IMG/VR virus record: IMGVR_UViG_3300017963_000371
Location: 1-46,379 of that record
Strand: one strand, 5' to 3'
Origin: a virus
Taxonomy: Duplodnaviria > Caudoviricetes
Length of the DNA: 46,379 bases
Shown here one piece after another: positions 1 to 6,659 of this stretch (positions within the stretch are counted from its first letter, which is position 1; each line of letters opens with the position of its first letter). The notes under the pieces were generated by a model that saw only the letters and a program-made list of their open reading frames with translations, made no database searches and was not told where the DNA came from. A program made the position numbers and the translations under genes.

Positions 1-103
1 ATGTTGGCATTTTTGAATTCTCTTTCATTCATTCTCCAGAACATTCGGACAAATGGCTGGGAGGTGGAGAGAGTTTTTTGATTTAACTTCATGTCTTTTC
101 TCC
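1..103. repeat. Left copy of 103-bp terminal direct repeat (circular overlap)
   Basis: 1-103 is identical to 46156-46258; the sequences diverge from 104/46259 onward. Confidence 0.95.
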
Positions 104-233
104 TTTTTGACGGCTGTAAATAGTTAGTAATCCTGTTTTCCTTTCCATCTTTTTCTCCCTAGTTTTTGTTCAATCCGTCAAAGAAGAGGCATTTTTCGTC
201 CTCTTCTTTAAGAGTTTGGACAAGATTGGTGCT

Positions 234-536
234 TTAGTGAAGAACTCTGATAGTAGTGTAGGAAATCCTGGAACGTTTCTTGAGATAGCCTTTTAGCTCA
301 AGATAGTTCTTTGCCCACTGAACTATCTCAGAGCTGGTCTTTTCTCTCAGAACAAAAAATCTTCCTCCCCGCAACTTTCTTGGTGTCTTGGGTTGGTTAT
401 AGACCTTCTGTTCTACGAGGTTGAAATGCTCTTTCTTCATGAATCTGTTAGCTGGACTAACTTTCGGAAAGCTAGAGTTGAGAATATTAGCAAGAGCGCG
501 TTTTTCTTCTGGTGTACGTTTCATTTTTCTCTCCAT
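234..536 (-). CDS. Hypothetical early protein (basic)
   Basis: ORF in a tightly packed minus-strand early cluster; no motif recognised. Confidence 0.6.
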   Translation of the reverse strand: MERKMKRTPEEKRALANILNSSFPKVSPANRFMKKEHFNLVEQKVYNQPKTPRKLRGGRFFVLREKTSSEIVQWAKNYLELKGYLKKRSRISYTTIRVLH

Positions 537-556
537 TAAAATAATTCGTTAAAACT

Positions 557-799
557 TCAAACAGGACAGCTCTTTGAAAAAGCCGCCAGACTAAAAACTG
601 AGCTAAGGATGGAAGTAAAGAATCTAACCAAAGCCCATGAAGGTGTGTTCCAAGGTGTTATGAGTGAGATTAGAATAAGTACTAATGCTATTAAGAGAAA
701 TAGATTACTTGAAATTCTCATCTTCTCACTTTCCATCCAGCCGGGCAACCGTAGTAGGTTGTTTTGTTTTTCTTCTCTTCTGCTGGTACAGTGTACCAT
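557..799 (-). CDS. Small membrane protein (true start probably near 721, MRISSNLF)
   Basis: Two hydrophobic segments (LFLLIALVLILISLI; FFTSILSSVFSLAAF); ATG near 721 overlaps the stop of the upstream ORF. Confidence 0.5.
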   Translation of the reverse strand: MVHCTSRREEKQNNLLRLPGWMESEKMRISSNLFLLIALVLILISLITPWNTPSWALVRFFTSILSSVFSLAAFSKSCPV

Positions 800-1119
800 T
801 TGAGAGGTGCTAGAGGAGTTTCCTCTTTGTCCGAAGAAACAAGAAACCAGACTGTTCCCACAGGCTTAATTTTAGCGCCAAATTGGCTCAGCAAAGGACG
901 TAAACGACCGAGAAGAAAGATAGTTTGCATCTCTTTGTAGGGAATCCTGATTTGAATATGCCCACTGTTGTTATGAAGTTGGGCGATTTTATGTTCTCTT
1001 AGATAGTAGGTAGTGAAGATTCTACCCACTACAACTCTAGTGAAGTTCTTTGCACTTGTCAAAGGTTTTCGACTGAAGAAGCTCTGTGCTGCTTCGGTCG
1101 CGATTCTTGAATATTTCAT
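718..1119 (-). CDS. Hypothetical early protein
   Basis: ATGA-coupled to upstream ORF, GGAG RBS. Confidence 0.65.
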   Translation of the reverse strand: MKYSRIATEAAQSFFSRKPLTSAKNFTRVVVGRIFTTYYLREHKIAQLHNNSGHIQIRIPYKEMQTIFLLGRLRPLLSQFGAKIKPVGTVWFLVSSDKEETPLAPLKWYTVPAEEKKNKTTYYGCPAGWKVRR

Positions 1120-1439
1120 AATTCTTTCTCCAAACAGCGTTTGATTTTTTGCTCATGGTGAAAGGAAGCAAATCTTTTCAACTCTTCTCTATCCCCGTGA
1201 TTGTTTAATTTGAACTTCAGGGGCCTTCTCATTGCCTCTGAAGGCCAAGCAGGGTAGAACCAGAGAGTTAAAAGTTGCTGATCACCGGAACCATTTACAA
1301 TGAGATGATAGGCCGATCCGAGGGGTGTTAGTGCAAGGGCGTCTTGGTACCACTTCAACTTTGTTATCTTAACGTTCATCTTTCTTCCTCCTGTGTTGAC
1401 TTGCTCTTCAGTGCAAAAGTCGTCATCTCTTGCAGACAA
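1116..1439 (-). CDS. Hypothetical early protein (start probably near 1379, MNVKITK)
   Basis: GGAGGA RBS before MNVKIT. Confidence 0.6.
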   Translation of the reverse strand: MSARDDDFCTEEQVNTGGRKMNVKITKLKWYQDALALTPLGSAYHLIVNGSGDQQLLTLWFYPAWPSEAMRRPLKFKLNNHGDREELKRFASFHHEQKIKRCLEKEL

Positions 1440-1630
1440 GGAGAGTTTTATTTCTCTCCTTGTTTCGCTTTGGTTAGGTTAAGACAAATTCAACTGTGGC
1501 TGAGTTTGTCATTCCTATCTCTTCTGCGTCCCGATCTACAATGAAAGGCAGAACAAGACTAAGAATGATTACAATAATCAGGATTATCTCAAGTAGTGCG
1601 TTTGGTATCACCTCCTTTCTGCTTTTTAAG

Positions 1631-1936
1631 TTAAATGAGAGTAGTCCGTATTCCCAACTCTTCGGTAACTAAGACCGCCTCTTGCTCAAAGCGGTCTTTA
1701 TAAACTTCTGCCACCATCCTTATTGTGGGCACTAATGATGACGTCTCTATTATGACAGTAACTATTTTGCTTCTTTCCTTTTCCCCATTCCAGTATCCGA
1801 TACTTTCTGTAACGGTGAAGCCTGGGATGGACTTTGCAAGAACGCCTGACTCAAAGCCAAGCCATTCATCAAGAGTAAGTTCGGTTCCATTGGGCCGAGA
1901 GAGACCGAAATAAATCTGGATCTTATGGGCTTTCAT
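1631..1936 (-). CDS. DUF3574-like / PII-SAM-lyase-fold protein
   Basis: Motifs YFGLSRP, GFTV..SIGYWNG.KERS, FEQEAVL; AAGGAG RBS. Confidence 0.7.
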   Translation of the reverse strand: MKAHKIQIYFGLSRPNGTELTLDEWLGFESGVLAKSIPGFTVTESIGYWNGEKERSKIVTVIIETSSLVPTIRMVAEVYKDRFEQEAVLVTEELGIRTTLI

Positions 1937-1949
1937 TCTGATCTCCTTC

Positions 1950-2177
1950 TTAGCAAGGTTTATTGTTTAATTCTCTGAACCCTGCTAGGCTCGTGCTAAG
2001 AGCTACTCTGCGAAAGTTAATTGACTTCCGATTATGGGTTATGGAATAAATGCTGTTCTCCCTTTTTTTGAACTTAAGTGGAGAGGTGGAGTTTCTTGGT
2101 GTTGTTCTCTTGGCAGAAAGAGAACGATTGGTTTTTTGGCTCTGAATACTTTTTGGGCTGATTCTAATAGGTTTCAT
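1950..2177 (-). CDS. Hypothetical basic protein
   Basis: ATGA overlap with upstream ORF, GGAGGA RBS. Confidence 0.5.
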   Translation of the reverse strand: MKPIRISPKSIQSQKTNRSLSAKRTTPRNSTSPLKFKKRENSIYSITHNRKSINFRRVALSTSLAGFRELNNKPC

Positions 2178-2446
2178 TTTTCTTCCTCCCTTAGCTGTCC
2201 ACTTGGAGCCAGAGTTTTCCGGTAATAAGAGAATAATCGCTCTCTTTCACTAAGTGTTAACGATTGGTTAAAGATTGCTTTGCGTAGGAAACTATAGCCA
2301 TCTTTAAGATAGAATGTGATAATTAGGTACAATCTTGGAGCTGTATTTTTGGCGATTGTGGCATTAGTAAAATTAAAGCTTTCTTTCATCTTCTTTCCTC
2401 CTGCTGAAGTTAAGAGAGAAGTTTTCTTTTTTTCTTCCCTCCTCAC
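2174..2446 (-). CDS. Hypothetical protein (start probably MKESFNF near 2389)
   Basis: GGAGGA RBS before MKESF. Confidence 0.55.
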   Translation of the reverse strand: MRREEKKKTSLLTSAGGKKMKESFNFTNATIAKNTAPRLYLIITFYLKDGYSFLRKAIFNQSLTLSERERLFSYYRKTLAPSGQLREEEK

Positions 2447-2454
2447 CTCAGAAG

Positions 2455-2569
2455 GTTTGCAAATGGTGAGGTTGAGAACACTCTGGGCGGACTTATCCCT
2501 TGAGTTTAATCAAAAACTACTGGATTTTTGCCAACTTCCAAAAGATTCTTTCCCTCACCATTTGCAAAC
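2455..2569. repeat. Perfect 17-bp inverted repeat
   Basis: GTTTGCAAATGGTGAGG (2455-2471) / CCTCACCATTTGCAAAC (2553-2569). Confidence 0.9.
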
Positions 2570-2990
2570 TTTTCTTCTTTGCAATCGATTGACTTGTTTG
2601 AGCAGTTTTCTCTTCCAAGGAGAATCAAGAATCCGAAGGAGTGTTAACCGGTATTAACTCTAATCCTCAGCACAATCTTTTCTTGTTCTAGGTTGAAAGA
2701 AAAGTTTAGCTGCTCACTAGAGAGAGAAAACTAATCTTTCTCTCTCCGGTTAGAAGCTAAGGTTCTAACTAGCAGGTTTTCCCTGCTACTTTCAGCATTG
2801 ATGTTACCTCTTTTTGGTTGAATTTCTTGCGGCTTTTTTGAAGTACATCTTTTTCCCTTCATTGGAGCAAGAGGCACCAAGTTCTTTTTTTCTAGGGAGA
2901 AGCGCGTGAATTCTTCACTTTAACCTCCTTGGCAGAGCTTTCTCTGTCCAGTTAATGGTTTGGTAGTTAGGATTTCCTTTTTTCTAACCA

Positions 2991-3104
2991 GCCAGCAGAG
3001 AAGGAAAGGTGCTATGAACGAACATGCTTTCCTGCTCTAATTGCTGTTTAGCATTTTTATTCAGTTGTCAAAGAGCTGTTTTTCTTGGAGTCGCTTTATT
3101 AAGC
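2991..3104 (-). promoter_or_regulatory. rrn-like leader copy A: small hairpin + boxA + conserved stem-loop
   Basis: Minus strand: GCTTAATAAAGC (3104-3093), GCTCTTTGACAACTGAATA (3076-3058), stem-loop with apex AGCATGTTCGTTCATAGCACCT (3028-3007). Confidence 0.75.
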
Positions 3105-3139
3105 CCGCTTATCTCCTTTCTTTTCTTTTCTCTTACCTT

Positions 3140-3168
3140 ACTGTAAGAGATTTTCCAGAAAAGGTCAA
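3140..3168 (-). promoter_or_regulatory. sigma70-type early promoter A
   Basis: TTGACC-17 nt-TACAGT on minus strand, A-rich upstream element. Confidence 0.8.
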
Positions 3169-3409
3169 GGAAAAGTTGATTTTTTCTTTGTTTATTTTCA
3201 ACTTTTTTTTTCTGATTGTTATCTCCAACAACGAGTGCTTGAAAGGCATTCATTTAGATGAATTAATCTTTTATTTATGAAGACCTGTGAATGCCTGATG
3301 ATGTGGTAATAGGTATTAGGGCAGTGTTGACTTCTTCTTAGATCAATTCTGTAGTGTCGATAGGTTTGGTCAAAGCGTTCTTTTGGTGTCATGAGAATCT
3401 CCTTTGTAG

Positions 3410-3773
3410 TGTCTCAGGTGCGACAAGTGAGACGATTGAGACAGTTGAGCACCCCCCCCCTCCTATAGTTGGAGATTAATTGAGGATGCTTAATGATTTT
3501 AGTAAGTTAGTTTTAAGTGACTGATTTTGCGTGTGTTTTATTCATCAGTTTAGTTAATTATATATTAAATATATATAAAAAATATTGATATAAACATATT
3601 TAGGAGCTTCTAAAGCACTGAAATGACTAAGTTTTTTCCGTTAGATTTTTATATATTTTGTAATTTGAAAGAAAAGACTTGACAAGGAAATCAAGCCTTC
3701 TCTTTTCTTCTTTTCTTGAGGGCACCCCCCTGTCTCAAGTGTCTCATTTGCCTCAACTGTCTGCCTTGAGACA
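3410..3773. other. Putative replication origin (inverted TGTCTCA/TGAGAC iterons flanking an AT-rich core)
   Basis: Iteron-like motifs at 3410, 3428, 3437 and 3731, 3740, 3767; GCACCCCCC at 3449 and 3722; very AT-rich 3540-3680; no convincing ORF. Confidence 0.55.
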
Positions 3774-4212
3774 TTTCAAATATGCCCGCCCGCTTCCAGT
3801 TCCTCAAGCGTTATTCTTGTTTGCCCTGCCTTTCGTGCTCCCTGTTCCATCTCCGGCGGCCCGTCACACCCTGCCAAGAGAACCAAAACCAACAAAATTC
3901 CTAACCATTTCATCTAACCACCTCCACTCGGTAATTTTTGTTACCACCATTCCTAAGAAGCCAGCAGAAGTTTCTAACTCTAATTCCATTAAGTACGCTT
4001 CTCCTGACTTCCTTTTCCAAACTTCCAGGTTATTCTAAGTTTCATCCTAGTTCTCTCTGTTGAGCCACTCGTTGAAATTCTCACCTGTTCTCTCTTCTCT
4101 TTCGTTGATAGGATTGAGAAGAGAGAAGAAAAATTGAACTGTCCAGATAACAAGCATAGCTGGCAATGTCAGTAGTTTAACTAACGTTTTCATGACAGCC
4201 TCCTTTGAGTGC

Positions 4213-4596
4213 TTACCTACACATAAAAATCAACCTGTTTCCGTGTTCGTCTTCAGTTGGGTAGTCTGCGAACACAAACTCCACCAGCCGTTCCCATCCC
4301 TTTGGGACTGGATGACTCCTGTTTATGTGGTTACCGCCCCTGCGTCGGTACTCATTACCGCCGTTGACATAAAAGTACATTGGCTCACCACCTTCAGGGC
4401 TACCAAAATTAAACCTAACGCATGATGGAAGCCCATCTTCTTTCACTATTTTTCTGATGTTCGTTGCATATTCTCGACATGATATCATAATGTTCTCCAT
4501 GTTTAGGGTTTGTTGTGCTGCTTTCTGTCTACTCTTGCCCACCTGAGTGTGGAAGAAGAGTAGAAAGGAGAGCTTATAAGATCTCCATCCCCTCAC
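4213..4596 (-). CDS. Hypothetical early protein (start probably MENIMIS near 4500)
   Basis: ORF downstream of promoter B. Confidence 0.5.
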   Translation of the reverse strand: MRGWRSYKLSFLLFFHTQVGKSRQKAAQQTLNMENIMISCREYATNIRKIVKEDGLPSCVRFNFGSPEGGEPMYFYVNGGNEYRRRGGNHINRSHPVPKGWERLVEFVFADYPTEDEHGNRLIFMCR

Positions 4597-4768
4597 CTTC
4601 CACTGCTTCCTCGGCCAAAAAGATCAATCCTTCCAGCTCTTCGTCTGTTGGAACTCTCTTCTTCCACCCTGTGAAGTTACAAATCAATCTAACAACCTGA
4701 TCCTCAGAGAGCCACTCACTCCAGTAACAAATACAACTAGTTTTGCTTGTGTTCATAACAACCTCCAC
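4574..4768 (-). CDS. First early gene after promoter B, small acidic protein (start probably MNTSKT)
   Basis: GGAGG RBS before ATG near 4756. Confidence 0.55.
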   Translation of the reverse strand: MEVVMNTSKTSCICYWSEWLSEDQVVRLICNFTGWKKRVPTDEELEGLIFLAEEAVEGEGMEIL

Positions 4769-4794
4769 TCTTTCTTTTCTTTTCTATTAGCCTA

Positions 4795-4900
4795 ACCACT
4801 AGTCAGAGCCTAGCAGGTGCTATTAACGAACATGCTCCTAGACTCTAACTACTAGTTATTCAGTTTTCAAAGATCCTGAAGGAGGCAGGCTTTATTAAGC
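4795..4900 (-). promoter_or_regulatory. rrn-like leader copy B: small hairpin + boxA + conserved stem-loop
   Basis: Minus strand: GCTTAATAAAGC (4900-4889), GATCTTTGAAAACTGAATA (4875-4857), 14-bp stem with apex AGCATGTTCGTTAATAGCACCT (4836-4815). Confidence 0.75.
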
Positions 4901-4943
4901 TCTTTTCTTTCTCTTCCCCTCTTCTTTCTTTTGCTTTCACTTT

Positions 4944-4972
4944 ACTGTAGACGATGGTTAGAACAGAGTCAA
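4944..4972 (-). promoter_or_regulatory. sigma70-type early promoter B
   Basis: TTGACT-17 nt-TACAGT on minus strand; same -10 as promoter A. Confidence 0.8.
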
Positions 4973-5270
4973 GAGAAAAGTGAAGAGAAGAGAGAGTTTT
5001 CTAAGAACACCAAGAAAACCAACTACCTAAACCAACCCCTGGTAGTGCTTCAACCCCTAGCATCTACACCACACTAGCCTCACCTAGTCAGAGCCTAGCT
5101 AGTAAGAGAGCGAAACCTAGAGAGGAGAGAAATTTTGCTAACCCTGCCCTCCCCTAATGGGGAAGATGGGGAGATAGATATGAATATGTGCCAACAATAC
5201 AAAATATCTAAAAAATCCCACTAACCCAGGTTTACCCAGGTTCTTTGTCGTTATAACACTAACTTTCCTC

Positions 5271-5299
5271 TTGACAAACAGCGAAAAATATTGTATACT
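5271..5299 (+). promoter_or_regulatory. sigma70-type promoter of the morphogenesis operon
   Basis: TTGACA-17 nt-TATACT, about 40 nt upstream of the terS ATG. Confidence 0.85.
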
Positions 5300-5338
5300 C
5301 TCCTTAGAACTCAAGAGAAACTCAACCCGGAGGAAAGC

Positions 5339-5836
5339 ATGTCAGGTCAAATAGCGCCAGAAGAGAAAAGCCCGAAAACCTGGCAACCAACAGAACTCTC
5401 ACCAAGGCATCACGAAATGAAGCGCCTGATGTTGATGGGCTTAAGTAACAAAGATATTGGAAAGAGATTAGGTTGTACTCCACAGCTTGTTTGTAATGTT
5501 AGGAATTCTAAAGTGATGAAAGAGGCTCTTGCTAAACTGCAAGACAAGGCTGATGAAGATATTATTAATACAAAGAACAGATTAGAGGCTCTTGAGGAGT
5601 TGGCTACTGATGTTTATGAGAGTATTCTAACCGCCTCTCCTGAGGAGGGAGTTCCTTGGCACACAAAAGCACATGTAGCAGATAAAGTTCTTGATAGAAC
5701 TGGGCACTCAGCACCGCAGCAAAATCTACATCTTCACGGACATTTTACTGCCGATGACCTTCAGGATATCAAAAGAAGAGCTAAAAATTTAAAAGTTGCT
5801 GGGGAAGTTCTAATGGTGGAGGATGAGGAAGACTGA
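5339..5836 (+). CDS. terS: Terminase small subunit (HTH)
   Basis: N-terminal HTH (LSNKDIGKRLGCTPQLV), C-terminal VLDRTGH motif, upstream of TerL; GGAGG RBS supports ATG 5339 over TTG 5291, which lies inside the promoter. Confidence 0.7.
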   Translation: MSGQIAPEEKSPKTWQPTELSPRHHEMKRLMLMGLSNKDIGKRLGCTPQLVCNVRNSKVMKEALAKLQDKADEDIINTKNRLEALEELATDVYESILTASPEEGVPWHTKAHVADKVLDRTGHSAPQQNLHLHGHFTADDLQDIKRRAKNLKVAGEVLMVEDEED

Positions 5837-5967
5837 TATGTTTAGATTAGCCAGAAGACTTAGTTTGTTTGGCGTGTTTCGTTGTGATAGAAAATCATTA
5901 GCTAATGCTTGGATTCAGCGAAGAGAAAGAGAGATTTTATTTTTAATCCGTCAGGCACAATTGCGTA

Positions 5968-6231
5968 ATGATTGACTTATTAACCTCAGTCCTCTCCACA
6001 CATGGACCAACTGGATTAGCACTTGCTATTGTAACTGTTCTTCTTAATCGTCTCTATAAAAGACAAAGTAATAGAGATGAGAAATATGAGAAACTTCAGA
6101 GTGATATTCTGAAATGGAAGGATCATGTTATTGAACAAGGTGAAGAGAGACAAAGTAGATTAGAAGAAGTTATTATCAAAAACACAGAAGCCTGGACACA
6201 GGTTATTACTATTCTTAGAGAAAGGAGATAA
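5968..6231 (+). CDS. Putative holin (BhlA/UviB-like: one TM plus coiled coil)
   Basis: N-terminal TM (GPTGLALAIVTVLL) followed by amphipathic helix ending ..VIIKNTEAWTQV. Confidence 0.5.
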   Translation: MIDLLTSVLSTHGPTGLALAIVTVLLNRLYKRQSNRDEKYEKLQSDILKWKDHVIEQGEERQSRLEEVIIKNTEAWTQVITILRERR

Positions 6232-6232
6232 G

Positions 6233-6643
6233 ATGGATCCAATTACAGCAGGAATTGTGGCATCAATTGTAGGTATTCCAGCACTTCTGGCAAAGAATTA
6301 TTTGTTAGAAATGAATGAGGATGAGAAGATTTTTCAGACTCGAATGTTTGATGATGATAATAATCCCAAAACAGGGCAGGCTTTTAGGGCTCTAAATCCC
6401 AATGTTGGGTACTGGGGAGATGGGATTGTTAAAGAGTATTGTTGGAATCGTTTCAATCCAGCTAAGCGAATTGTGAAGGTCGTTTGGGATCTTGGAAATG
6501 GCAAAGGCCAACCAGAGGACATTCCATACTCAGTCTGGAAAACAATTCGTAAGGGGCCTCTGGTGGTGGAGCTTACTGAAGAAGAGCGTGGAATGTTAGG
6601 CCATCAAAAACTTATCGATGCTTGTGGAAACTATAGATACTAA
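6233..6643 (+). CDS. Hypothetical protein with N-terminal hydrophobic segment
   Basis: AAGGAG RBS; MDPITAGIVASIVGIPALLA. Confidence 0.6.
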   Translation: MDPITAGIVASIVGIPALLAKNYLLEMNEDEKIFQTRMFDDDNNPKTGQAFRALNPNVGYWGDGIVKEYCWNRFNPAKRIVKVVWDLGNGKGQPEDIPYSVWKTIRKGPLVVELTEEERGMLGHQKLIDACGNYRY

Positions 6644-6659
6644 AACGAGGAACTAAACC

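Noticed and set aside
569-582. boxA-like GCTCTTTGAAAA on the + strand
   Set aside because: Antisense to local genes, no promoter or companion motifs; likely chance
2720-2797. tRNA gene
   Set aside because: Three hairpins but no 7-bp acceptor stem, D-loop GG or TTCRA motif; kept only as a generic structured RNA candidate
3240-3310. GAAAGGCATTCA...TGAATGCCTGATGA as a hammerhead ribozyme
   Set aside because: CUGAUGA and GAAA are present but the order and stems do not fit the core (no UH cleavage site plus stem I); only a simple inverted repeat
3679-4038. 119-aa + strand ORF and TTGACA at 3679
   Set aside because: TTG start without RBS, overlaps the iteron region, opposite to local transcription; no -10 at proper spacing
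5291-5338. TTG-initiated N-terminal extension of TerS
   Set aside because: Overlaps the -10 box; GGAGG RBS supports ATG 5339
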